Of a stretch of DNA of 64,000 nt, positions 24,954 to 37,700 are shown in pieces. Both the position numbers and the translations under genes were made by a program. The stretch is taken from NCBI GenBank assembly GCA_040285825.1, contig JAUPSS010000003.1, positions 3,224,001-3,288,000 on the forward strand, in the 5' to 3' direction. Source of the stretch: Eukaryota sp. TZLM1-RC (taxonomy: Eukaryota; Protista; Metamonada: BaSk clade). The first letter of the stretch is position 1. Every line of letters begins with the position of its first letter. The notes beneath the pieces are model-generated. The model did not search any database and was not told the DNA's origin. It saw nothing but the letters and a program-made list of their open reading frames with translations.

Positions 24954-25236
24954 GTACTGACACTTTCATTCTGAGAGATTGTTTCAATTTTTCCTGACTA
25001 CCTTCACCTACCATTTTTTTGCAAAACGTACCTTTTTGATCATTCTGGTGATCCACGTTTTCAGAACCAGGACAAAATTCACTATCATAGTTGTACTTGT
25101 TTTTAAATTTCAGTCTTTTAACTACAACTGATAACTGCCTACAGAGGCCAACCAATGGTATTTGTTAAATCAGCATCGATATAAATCAATAAAATTCAAT
25201 TAAACACAGATTCAAGCAAATGTCACCTAGAAGATA

Positions 25237-25890
25237 CCGTGTTTCCTAAATTTTTGGGCACTAAAAAAATTGGGCGATTTGGGCGATCAGAAATAAATCG
25301 CGCAATTAATAGGCGCCCGATTTTTTCGTCATAATTCTGACCCTTGTTTCTAAAAATAGAACTAAGTGTTGTTTATAGATAAAAACTCTTCCTATTCATC
25401 GTCTACAACTACCACCTCTACTGCATTTTCGTCATAATTCTGACCCTTGTTTCTAAAAATAGAACTAAGTGTTGTTTATAGATAAAAACTGTTTCTATTC
25501 ATCGTCTACATCTACCACCTCTACTGCATTCCCGTTGTTTTTCTGGAGACATGCTTCCATGTTCTCATCTTTTTTCTTCCAACCAGCAGTAATCATGTCA
25601 AAGGCTTTCTCTTGCAATCTTGCCATTGCAATGAGGACCCAGCCTGAAAATTCATCCTTGACAACACTGGCCCTTACGTCAAGGACAACATCTCTAGGTA
25701 AGGCACCACTACGCAATTGCTGTAGAGTCTGATCGCAGCAATAGTTTCCAAACAGTTCTTTTAGGATATCCTTGAATGGTTTGTTGATTGCAATGTCCAA
25801 AACTGAGAATAGATCAGTTGCTGATTTAGGTATATAATAAACATCTATACCAATAGCTTTTAAAATACCTCTAAGTTCTGTTTCTAACAG
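25237..25890 (-). mobile_element. pogo/Tigger-like DDE transposon, 3' fragment
   Basis: SVLDIAINKPFKD (QPLDxxxNKPFK motif), AGWKK; TA-CCGTG terminus at 25235; about 104-bp internal tandem duplication 25323-25530. Confidence 0.75.
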
Positions 25891-26034
25891 CTGTTTCTGT
25901 GGTCTACCGTATATTGGTTAGAATTAGTTCAAAGAATAGTGGGAATTTTTTATAAGTGGGAAATAAAATATTGGGAATTTTTTAAAAAGTTCCAAAAAAA
26001 AGTAAAAAGTTCAAATCAGAAATGGTATGGCAAA

Positions 26035-26108
26035 GTTTCTGTGGTCTAGTTGGTTAGGATATCTGTCTAACACACAGATGGTCCCGAGTTCGAGTCTCGG
26101 CGGAAACA
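26035..26108 (+). tRNA. tRNA-Val(AAC)
   Basis: GTTTCTG/CGGAAAC acceptor stem, TCTGT-CT AAC AC-ACAGA anticodon arm, AGTTCGAGTC, T-run downstream. Confidence 0.92.
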
Positions 26109-26199
26109 TTTTAATTTTTGGAGGATACAAAGTATTCCTGAATTTTTTTTCAACGGAATATCAACTTTACTTATGCCCTTGTTTATCGTGTACCTTTCT

Positions 26200-28015
26200 T
26201 TCAATTATCAATTTTATCAAAAACCTATAAATCAACATCTAAAAAATCCATCTCTCCCAAAACAAAAACACTAGATGCAACTCTCTCATAGTGAGATCCA
26301 AGAGAGAAAATAGCATCAGAAACCATCTTCAACATCCCCTTAAAAATAGAAAACACAATTCTATTTTGCCAAAACAATCTGTTGAAATTTCTGTTAGTTC
26401 TTCTCTTTACAATCTTTTCAAAATCTGCCAAAAAACGTATAGCCGTTGGAGCAAGTGAACCTGATAGAGAAAATTTACATCGATACAAATTGTATTTTGC
26501 ATGCTGTTCACTGGACAATTTGGACAAAGGTTCATTGTATTTTTTGATTTTGAACTTTTCAGCATTTGAAAGAGGATTATGAATTTCAGAATTAGCAAGC
26601 CTTTCTTTCAAGGCATTAGAAAGATCAACAAACATTACATCCAACAAAATGAAGCTTTTATCTAATCCAGGTAATATTACATCACCTCTATTATTCTTAT
26701 GAAAATCATCTTCAGTATCACACAGATTTGACAACAGAGGTTCCAAAAAGGATTCAATTCTATGAGACTTACACATATAATATTATTGGTCTCTTACAGC
26801 ATCGTGAACCTTGCTTCTAAAAGTAATAAAATGTTTACAATTTAACAAATGAGTAATTGTAATTTTTCGAGAACATTTACAAGTTAAATTATGAGGTGAA
26901 TTATCAGGTCAGATAAAGGAACGAAATCTTATATTCAAAGTCCAAGCAGAATCAGTTAAGAGAGTACCATAAACTTGAGGAATTGTTGTTACTAAGGCAG
27001 AAGAAGTACTATCACACATATCATGTAAAAGATTTGCAAAAGCGGGATTCTTTTTCTTGGCCAAGCCAAGTCTAACTTCAAAATCCAAGCTTTCAGAAAT
27101 CTTTGACAATTTTTGTTGAAGCTTTTTACAGCAAAACTGCAAATTAAAAAGATATCGGTTTCTAATTTTCTGAATTGATTGGGGAAAACATTTGGTCCAA
27201 ATTTGTGGTAACAATTTATCGAGATTACAAGATAACTCACTGAAATACGGACTGCAACTGGGAACTAACAAATGAGAATATTGAGGAAATACACGAGAAA
27301 ATTCATAAATGAAATTCTTGCCTCCACATAAAAATGCGGATTGACACAAAATAGAAGATTTTGTAAATCCAATACCACCAAAATTTGCTGCCGAAAATAG
27401 GTAATTTTTCAACATTCCTTGTTCTACATCCAATAAATCAGCAAAAAATTCTGTTCTCAATGAATTAAAGGAACGACAAACATTTAACGCTATGGATGGA
27501 GCACAACTCAAAATGTGGGTTATTCTTCCAGTATAGCAAATTTTAAGCATGAAAAATTTAATGTGTTTTTCTAAATCTAAAGAAGAAATTGAATCAAGTT
27601 CAATTTTCATTTTTTCCAAAATAACTTGTAATTTATTCTGAATTTGAGGCACATTTCCTTACCAACAACCAAGGAATTTAGAACCATCACTACTATAATT
27701 AGTAAAAGGTACAACAGCATCGTTTATCACAAGATCCTGTGCAGATGAGCTAATCAGAAGGCATCTGCTCGCATTAAGATGAAGCCCAATATTTTCATAA
27801 GAATCGGAAATTTTTTGAGCAACCAATTGGAGTAAATCAAATGAACCAATCAAGGATATATCATCCATATAAGCAACTATTTCTAGAGAAGAGTATTTTT
27901 GCTCAATGATATCTACAGTGTTGTGAATAGCTGAACAAAACAATAATGGACCTAAGTGATCACCTAGTTTCACACCAGAAGATAATTTTAAACCAAATGA
28001 ATAAAATATCCATGT
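26200..28015 (-). mobile_element. CRE-like non-LTR retrotransposon family A, 5'-truncated
   Basis: RT GVKLGDHLGPLLF, AYMDD, KFLG; RLE HDAVRD, RGDV, KIKKY. Confidence 0.88.
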
Positions 28016-28019
28016 TGCT

Positions 28020-29920
28020 CAATTGCAATATATGCCGGAATTAATACCATATTTTCAATCAACATATTGCACATATTCTAATTTACATTTTAATAACAAC
28101 ATTTTGAGTTCATCAAGTGGCGTAAAGCAAGGAGATCCGTTAGGACCTCTTTTGTTTTGTTTGGCCATTCATCCTATTCTACTGCAAATTCAAGAGATGT
28201 TTCCTTCACTAAAAATGATTGCATATATGGATGATGTTGTGCTTATTGGTGATTTAAATATTGTGAAAAAGCAACTGTATGTTTTAAAGAATTATTTACC
28301 AAAATTGGTCTCCGACTTAATTTACTTAAATGTGTTCTGTTATCGAATTCTCCAGTTTCCACAATAATTGATGATATTGAAATTCAAGCCAAATTATATT
28401 CAATTGATGCTATTCGTCATTTGGGTTCGTTTTTAGGAAATAATGATGAAATTACCAAAAAATTGTTTGAAAAGTTGAACTCAATTTCTGACAAAATTGA
28501 CCGAATGATGAATTTAGATAGAAAAAAACACATCAAATTTACCATTATAAGACTGTGTTTTAGTTCCAATTTTAATCATATATTTCGATCTACAAATCCT
28601 CTCGTCACTAGACCTTTTGCTCAAAAGTTTAATGAGTTACGTGCAAAAGTTTTGTCTCAATTACTGGGATGTAAAATGTTTCAAATTCCAGACCATGCAT
28701 ACCTTAGTCCACATTATGGCGGTTTAGGGTGGACGAAGGCTTTTATTCTTACGTCGTGTGCTTTTGTTGGTGGATGCAGAAATGCAATCTTTGAGTTTTC
28801 CGAAAGATTTGCAGATTGGGAAGATTTATTGATGACAACGCAAAGTTCCACTGTTTTTGCATTAAATGAAGAAATTTCAAAAATTGATGCAGGAAAATGG
28901 GGTCGATGCTTTCCCCAATCATTCAATGGCAATATTCCAGAAAACAATGTTTTAAATTTGAAGTACACTCTTCGAACATTACAGAAACCATTGACTGGAA
29001 TGTATGAAAAAGATCTTTATAATAATATTTGCAGCTCGGCTGTTTTCAATCAAGATCTTCACTCATTGTTATTGGAAAAGGGTGTTTGTGAAAACAAGGC
29101 GTCAGATTCTTCACTTTTTGTAACCATTGTACCACGAAGATTTGGATTGTGTGCCACTAATGAAGCATTTGTAACAAAAATGAGATTATATTTGAACATC
29201 CCCATTAACCAATTATTATCAAAAGAAAAATGTATTTGTTCGAATTCACCTCAACTCACTTTGCGCCATGCTCTAAATTGCTCTAAATTGATAACTTATC
29301 GTTCTTCATTACATGATGCTGTTAGAGACACTGTTTTCAATATGGCACAAACTGCAAGGATATCGTGTATCAAAGAGCCCCTGCTGAAGGAAACACTTTC
29401 TCTGAATAATTTTGGTTCTGATGATAGAGGTGATGTATACTGTGATTGGATTGATAATTCTGAAGCTATTGTTGACTTTGTCTCATGTAATGTTGCAAAC
29501 GATACTTTGGTTCACAGAAGAAAACTTAATCCTGTGGCTGCTCTGGATTTTAAAGCAAAAGAAAAACATAGAAAATATGATAAAGAAATTGAAGATGCAA
29601 ATGTCGATAGAAATACACAGCTGGTTTTTATTGCTTTCCCATTTTCGATAAATGGAAGATTATCAGTTGAAGCAGAAACTTTTTTGGATGACTTCCAAAA
29701 AATGGTGAAAGAAAAAACAATGAAAAGATTTGATATTTATTTATGGCGTTCACGGATTCAATTTGCCATTATTAATAGATTACCGCGGTTTTTCAATCGA
29801 ATTAGAGAAGCTTTAGCTAGACAGCAAGCAAATCAAGATTTTGTAGAGGAAATCTTGGTTCAATGATAGTCGTCCCATTAGTTATGATTTAATTTAATCA
29901 AGTGTGCAAATTCAATAAAT
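28020..29920 (+). mobile_element. CRE-like non-LTR retrotransposon family C, 5'-truncated
   Basis: GVKQGDPLGPLLF, AYMDD, GGLG, CIC..HALNC, HDAVRD, RGDV, KHRKY. Confidence 0.9.
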
Positions 29921-30831
29921 ACGATATTAAATCTGATTTTTTACCATAAAATTTTATCGTGTACCTCAAATTGAAAAAGTGTTAATACACAAAAATTTAA
30001 ATTAATTATTAATTAAAAAACTGGGTTATGGAAAACGAAAATGGGATTTTTCGAGGAAATTCCAATTTTTCAACTTTTATTACTTTCCCACTTTTTCCTG
30101 AAAAACCGTAGTGATGTGCTATTTCTGAACAATTGTATAACTCTATTGCTGTGTCCTGGAAAGATAAGCTACTGTGACTGTAATTCGACTGCTGAACACA
30201 GCTCAAGATTCCTCTCAATCAGAGTTTTATAAACCAATTATCATTACTATTTGATAGTGCGAGAATCGAATAATCTCAAACGACAGCAGTAATTAAAATA
30301 CGATGATTCTATCAATGAATATTTTTATAAATTATATTGTAGATATTCAAGACGTGTGCAATCTTCAACACCAGTTTCAAGTGATTTTTTCATAAAGCTA
30401 ATATAGTGGAAAATTATTATAGTGATGCTGAAGAAAAAAAACACCAAAAGAGCTCAATAAATTGGGATCAAATTGCCAGAATTAAAATGGAGATCAGCTG
30501 ATGAGATTCTGTAATTCAATTCTGTTTAATTCTGTGTTCCAAGTGTTGAAATAGCACAAAGTTTGAAAAAATAATTGTTGAAATTCAAACATAAGGATAA
30601 TGACAACTGATTGTCAACATTCTACCAAACAACAAACGAGGACTATCTGAAAAAACAACTGTTTTTTCTAATGATCAAAGAATCGCAACGAATAGATGAG
30701 AATACACTACTGAACTGCTGCATGAACAAAGACGACTCAGATATGGTGTTTTGTATTATCAAATCATTTTCAATATAAGAGAAAATAATATTTACAATAA
30801 TATTTACAATTGTTTAACAAACAAAGGAAGA

Positions 30832-31315
30832 TCACTCTTCCTTGGAGATGGTTAAAATCAACTCATCATCTGTTGGCAGTTTGACGACAACTCGTTTGGG
30901 ATGATATTCCATAGCGGTAACGTGTACAACGGACTCTCCACTATGTAAATTAGCTAGCCTGAAACTGCCAGTGGTATCGGATACATCAGAATAGCCGTTT
31001 TTGCCATAATCATGGTTGTAAATACTGACTAATGCAGCTTTTACAGGATGGCCAGATTCTTCATCAATTACCTTTCCTACAACAGTAACTGTTGCAGATC
31101 GGTAAGTTATGGCATAAATTACAGTTGGCACAACCAAAACAGAGAGCATTATGGTAAGCAACACAACACAAGGCATTTTTGACTTTGGTGGCTGATGGCT
31201 ATAAAGACTCTGAGGTAAATGAAAGTAGTCAACGTACCGAAACCTGAACACTATCAGGATCACCGTTGACAGCAGAGTCAAGAGAGGGATATATGAGTGG
31301 ACTAACTGTGGACAT
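30832..31315 (-). CDS. Membrane-anchored carboxypeptidase-regulatory-like (beta-sandwich) domain protein; 28-nt intron 31210-31237
   Basis: ATG at 31315 gives MSTVSPLIYPSLDSAVNGDPDSVQVS, spliced in phase 0 (gtacg...ctcag) to SLYSHQPP; TM helix, then GKVIDEESGHPVKAALVSI..SDTTGSFRL. Confidence 0.75.
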
Positions 31316-31323
31316 CGGCTAGC

Positions 31324-31900
31324 AGCACAAAAATGTCAAATAGTAGTAACTCGTTGAGATTGCTGGAATATGAAGATGAAATGAATCAAGTTTATCTTTT
31401 CAAAACTTGAGGTCTTTCATTTCCTTTGATATACTCATCCACAACATGATTCATATTAAGAACAGCATTGACATTACGATTCCATAGACATCCACACTTC
31501 TTGCAAGTGAGTAATCCATGTCTTAGGACCGTTGGAGTCTTTGCTCTCCTGTAAGGTCTTGGATTAGGTACTCGATGCTTCTTTACATTTTCACCTTCTT
31601 TTCCTTCGAGTACTCATGCATGACATCGACAACTTGTTCTATATTCATCCAGTAGCAATAGACGGAAGTTACGTTTTTTAAACATCTTTCGATAACCAAC
31701 ATTCTTTGTAAGTGCTTGATGTTTAAAATTGGTTTGCTTCCAATCACCCATCACTACAATGTTATCTTCAGGACCTCCAAACTTTTTTCGTCAAATTTAT
31801 TCATCCATTTTGCTTCAAACATCTCTGTGGCCATGAATCTTCGCAATTTAATGACTCTCAATTCTTTGTTAAAGTAAAAAGCTCCAACATGTAGAGAAAA
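31324..31900 (-). mobile_element. Fanzor family B, C-terminal fragment and right end
   Basis: Hand translation: VMGDWKQ..GYRKMF..LLDEYRTSCRC..NPRPYR..RHGLLTCKKCGCLWNRNVNAVLNM..NERPQVLKR*, with frameshift and stop. Confidence 0.85.
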
Positions 31901-32836
31901 GTTGTTTTTGGAATTTTTGATAGGTAGGTTGGAAATGTTTGGAAAAAATTGACCAGGCAAAAAAAATTCTTTCTCATTCTGGGGATTTGTATTCAACATA
32001 AAAATCAACCACAGAGTTGTGTATCAAAAAAAAGCATCACTGAGATACCCCTTTTCTAGGTTAAATTATACAAAAGTCTATAACAAACTCAAGAATTTTA
32101 CACACAATTGATCGTTTTAGTTTTAGTTTATTTCTAGTTTTTACACCGTTTCTTTTTCCTACTATTGGATCTGTTTCAATAAATTGCTATGAAAATAAAA
32201 TTGCTATGAAATAAATCCATTGCTATGAAAGGAGCACAAGATCTAAAAATCTGGGTTATTCCCAAGTATAATAAGTTTGAAGCATTAAAGATAAAATATT
32301 TTATTCTTAATCCAAAGAAGCAATTGAACCAAGTTCAGTTTTCAATTTTTCCAGAATACATTGTAATTTTGTCACAATTTGAGGCACATTTCCTAACCAG
32401 GAACCAAGAAATTTAAAAGGATCGCTACTAAAGTTAGTTAAAGAAAAAACAGTATCCTTTATCACAAAAACCTGGGACAATGATCAATCAGAAAAGATTT
32501 TATTTTATCTTAATCGAAGCCCAGTATATTCATAATACTCAGAAATTATATTAGAAAGGTCGTATTTATCACCTCGTCCACCTCCAAATTTATTTTTGGG
32601 TGACTTTGTTTTATGCTTACATAGTGGAGGAAGGAAGGTCACTTCAAGAATAAGACAAGTTAAGAAATCTGTGTTTTTGTGTTGTAAACAATATAGACTC
32701 AATTTAAGTTCAGTTGACACAAACTAGTTTTGTGAAGGTTGAGGATTATGACGAACATCATGAGAGTGTAGTGACGAACAGAGCAAGGGAAAGAGAGGAT
32801 TGTAGTTGAGATTCAATTGAGGTAAGTTCTGCATTG

Positions 32837-33896
32837 ATGAGTCCGATGCAACAACCTGATCTCAATACATTATCACCAGTAGCGAAAGCGAAAGTTGAAG
32901 AACAATGCATAGTTTTGAAGTAACTTAAGAAATCAAGCTTTTGTCTATTTAGGTTGGTTCTTAGGAGAAAGGCCAAGAGCGAATGTGGTCAGCGTACTAT
33001 TAATAGTTAGGAACGAGACAATTGTAGGTCCAAGGGAGTCAGAAATGTTGTTTTCGCTGACGTTGTCAAGTCTTTACATCGGAGAAGATAGAGTTCGTAC
33101 AAGAGAGAAGTTGTGAACGTTGTCCTGTCAAGAGTCATTGTTAGGTTGAGTGGTTTCTATTTTAAGATTAAAGAAGTGTCAAGTTGATCACATTATGAAA
33201 AAAAACTTTATACGAACTCATTGAAACAACACGTTTTCTTGATTGGATATGCTAATGTTATCACCGAGAAAACTCCTTCAACTGTAACCTTTTCACGAAA
33301 GAAAATAGTTGCGGCAGCTTAAAAGAATATATATTCTATTAAAAAGAATAATGGGATTCATTGAAAAAATTAAACTAATGGCTAATGGAAGAGAAACCAT
33401 AATTTGGTTTGGTAGTGGAGGTGATGGGCCATCAAGACAATCTGTGAAAACCCCAAGGAAGCGCTTTTTGAAGGAGATTCAGAAACATTTTACATATGTG
33501 AAGCCTAATGGAGATGAATTCTACACATCTGCCAAAACGAATTGCTGTAAGGTATTCAATCAAAAGTTGTATCACGATGATGGGATGATGCACAATGATA
33601 AGTTTGTATGCCCTCAATGTCAGACACTCTGGTCGAGGGACATCTCAGCTTCCAGAAACCAACTGGAGATTGCCATAAGTGAGCACTACCACAATGAAAG
33701 ACCTGAGGCGTTCCGGAGACCACGTAGATAAGTGTTTTTCCATGTATTGCGTACCTGTACGCGTATTGTGATGTTGCTGCTTTAACTATCATTTGATCGT
33801 GATATCATATAGTGATAGAACTAAAGTATGCTTAACGTCTATCAAGATTGCATGAATTGGTCAAAAGCCAGAAATGCGTTTTGATAGAAATTCACA
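32837..33896 (+). mobile_element. Fanzor family C internal-deletion derivative
   Basis: Matches 22245-22749 then jumps to the equivalent of 24403-24953; about 1.65 kb of the ORF removed. Confidence 0.9.
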
Positions 33897-34550
33897 CTAG
33901 CACAAAAATGTTCCAGTGAGGTTTTCATTCTCATCGCATAATATAAAAATCCAAGTTACCGAGTGCGAGTGCGCACAGAGTTCGACCAGTCAATCGAACT
34001 CACTTGAGTAAGTTCAATTTTTCCTATAAGATTATTTGTTAACAAACTTATTTCGTAAATCAATATAGAGTTTCAAGCAACAGTTTATTTTATCAATAAT
34101 CTATATACTACTACAAATTCAACTAATCACAAAATTGCTAAAAATCATTCACTATAAACACTGAAAATAGGAAAATGGTGCTCTCCTTAATGTCCATTAC
34201 TAAAAATAGCATCCAAAAATAATTGATTTTCAGAAAATTCATCTTCAAAAACACTTTCATCCATGAAACAAATGTTTATGTTATTTTGCATGATTTCTGT
34301 ACTTAAAGAAGAACTGTTGAATACAAAGTAGTTAAATAAATTTCATTTTGATTTAAAACATAAATTACGCACTCACCGATCTGTTTTGATCTGTTTTGCA
34401 AATGTGGAGCTGGTTTGACATTATCACATTTATTTAATTGCAACAGATTTATTTCTGATCGTTCCACTTTGCATGATGCTGCATAACATGATACAAAAGT
34501 TTGTGAGTGGAGGTTGGTAGGGTTATTACCATTCCTCAGATTCGCATTTG

Positions 34551-34720
34551 TGTTGGCTTTAGTGCACGTTGGTTTTCCATAAACGAATAAAAAGAGATGT
34601 TTATAGAACAGAGGTAGAAAATCAGAACTATATTAAACCAAAACGAATTTAAACTAAAGATGACGTGATACATCACGTCATACTTTCCGAAATAGGCGGA
34701 GGAGTTTAGCCAGGCTAACA
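34551..34720 (-). repeat. 3' LTR (170 bp)
   Basis: TG...CA; two mismatches seen versus 41717-41886. Confidence 0.95.
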
Positions 34721-37700
34721 CTGCCTCTTCTTCTTTCTTTTTCGTTGTTTCTTAGCAGGAGGAGCGGATAGTTTCATACCATACATACCGGGAATAGGCG
34801 GAAGTATTCTTTATGGATGGGACAGGTTGTTTGGTGGTAGTCCCATCAGATTACAAAACAGTAGCTAGATCACTTGAGATGTCAAGAATAGCGTCCAGAA
34901 AGGCCTCTCCGGAATCTGCAGCGGCATAGGCATCTAGAACAGCGGGCGGCAAGGAAGAGTAACAAGACTTAATGTGATGTACTGAAGTTTTCAAGGAAGA
35001 GCGGGTAACCGGATTCAGAACAAGAAGGGAACTAGGGGATAAGATCTTCTGTACGGTGTAGGGACCGACATAATGACCATGAAGTTTGTCTGGCTTCTCG
35101 CGCAGAACAAAGACACGGTCGTCTACTTGAGGACGATAAGAGGGCTCAGGCATATCGACAGTAGATTGATCAAGGGATTGGCCTACAGCTTCCCAGGAAG
35201 AAACGAGCTTCTGACAACTTGTGCAGATGTTCGATGAATTCTGGCTTGTCAGCAGGCAAGGAGTAGGAGGCAAAGGAAGTCAATAGCTGGTTGGGCAAGA
35301 GGCGAGGAGAGGTGTCAGATCCGAAAATTAGACTATAAGGGGAGGCGTTCAGAGCTTTCCTTTCTTGTGAGTTTAGTACCATCTGGCAGAGGGAAACGTA
35401 ATCAGACCAGTTATACTAATCGGAGAAGTCGAGCAGCATACGTCGAATGACTTGAAGAAAGCTTCGGTGTTGACATTCTACCAATCCATTGGATTGATGG
35501 TAGTGGGGCAAGGACTGGGTATGTTCAACGTTCAGGAATTGGCATAACAGACCGAATATCTTGTTGGCGAATTCGGGACCGTTATCAGAGTGTATGCTTC
35601 GCGGAGCACCAAAAACCGAGTAAACAGAGGAGATTGGGGAGTTGGTTACGGTTAATGCTTTAAGGTCTTCTGTAGGGACTAGGATACTGAACTTGGAGAA
35701 TGCATCAACGAAATGAACAATATATCGGTAACTATAGGAGTCAACGGGCAGGGGGCCAATGGAATCGCAATGGATACTTTCAAATGGGCGGCGAACGGAA
35801 TTCAAAGATCCAGTGGAGGAAATCAATGTCTTAGGAACGGGGGCAGTCTTTTGGCAAGGGATACAAGTATTGATGTGGGTTTGGAGGTCGCTTCGCATGT
35901 TGGGCCAGTAGAAGTCAGACTGTTGGAGGGACTTCCAACATTGAGCGAAAGAAGGATGTCCGGCTTCGGTGGATCCGTGAACCAGAAGGAGGATCTCGGA
36001 TCGAAGAGAAGGCGGAACCAAGATCTTATTGGATCGGGTTAGTTTTAAACCCAGCTGGGGTTCAATCTTACAATCAACAAACAGGGGGTCACTATCAGGG
36101 ATCTTTTGTTGTTCCTTGAATAGCTTGTCAAGGAATGAACGGGCGGGCGAGTTTCGGACAAGGGGATTGCTGATCAGATCGGAACTTGCAGGGGATTCAG
36201 ATAGGGAATGTACCAGGGAAGCAACATGGTGAGAGTCGGAATCAGTGGAGATCTCAATCACGGCGGAATCAGTGCTGAATCTTTGATCACGTTCATCGTC
36301 TTCGGACATGAACTGGGAGCAGAGGAAACGGGGATGATCGAACACTTCCGGGTGAAGTTCAAATATATCTCTGCGAGTGGGCAAGTGGAACTGGGAACTA
36401 GGAAGGTAGTAAGTGGGGAGATCGTCTGAAGAGCGGTTGATGTCTATGAAGGCCTGACGACCATCTCTATAACTAATGATTTCGAGAACCTTATCCCGAA
36501 TAATGAAGTCGAGACGGGAGCGGTATTGGGTAGGGCTGTCTAACAGCAGGGAACGGATGTCCTCGAAGTGAGAGCAAACCTGAGAAGTTTCTAGTGTGAA
36601 CTGGGGTTCATCTTCCGTTCCAAGGACTGAGTGATAGTCCAGCGGCAAATAGTGATAGTGAATTCCTCTATCGCGAGGGTCTATTCGATGGCCATAAACC
36701 ATCTCCAGACATGGAATGGCTATGGGACAGGGAGTGACCTCGTCATCGTCGTAATGGTAGACGGAGTGGATCTCAGGCTTAATTAGGCAAAGGCGAATGA
36801 AGGAAGTGATGTCTCGACATGAGGGCAAGGTGTAGTCGGCGTAAAAGGGGTCAGGGAGAGGTTGGTGAACGGTTAAAGCGGGGCGTTTAGGGGTAGGTCT
36901 CAGGTCAGAGTATGTCAGAGTGGTAGGGAGTAAGCAAAAATCATATAGCTGTTCACCAAAAGGGGTACCGGTATGAGTATCAGGAATCCAGGGGAAATGA
37001 TCACATTAGGGGGAGTTTGGACATTCTCTGGGGTTGCAAGGAAGGGGGGTTGAATCATTAAAGCAGCGGCTACTTTGGTTGGCACGTTTCCACAGGTTGG
37101 GGAAATATAACGGCGGCGGGTCCTTACTCAGATATGATTGATTGATTAGAAGGTGGTATCGGTGGGTGAGGTGGCGGTTTCTTTCCCAGTTAAAAGGGGC
37201 CATGTGAGTAGGGAGAAGAATCAAGTGGAAGATATGCGCGTGGTCAATCAGAGAACCTAGGGTGACATCGGGAAGAATATAGTTAAGGACAATAAGGTGA
37301 GCGTTCAGGGGCATAACCTTGGGAAGATAGTCTAACTGGGGCATCTTGGGATGCTGGAAGTATATGCGAGAGTTCCAGTTGGCCTGTTGAATCAAATCGT
37401 TAACCTTGAAGTTTCTAGCATAAAGACTAAGGGGTTCAGCATTAGGATCAGCAGGAACGGACACGGGTCGAGGATCGAAAGCAGCTTTGCCAAAGCCTCT
37501 TGGAGCGAATGTGTTGTTAAATAGGAGTGGTAAATCAGTTGAGAGGACGAAGAAGTGGGCGGAAGAGGGAGAGAGTAGCTCGTTAGGCTCAGGATTCAAA
37601 TTGTATTGGATAAAGTATTTGCTTGAGTTGAGGTAAGCAGTCACGGAATGCTCAGGACGGAGAGCAGAAAGGTGATGGGTTCTACGGGCGGTATCAAAGT

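Noticed and set aside
33896-33920. Fanzor C copy 2 flank agcacaaaaatgt equals the reverse complement of the family B end; also CTAG like a Helitron end
   Set aside because: Only 13 AT-rich nt, no further similarity, and CTAG is absent in copy 1; chance cannot be excluded
33955-34005. GC-rich hairpin gagttcga...tcgaactc as a possible ncRNA
   Set aside because: Single hairpin with no second copy or tRNA-like fold in the window
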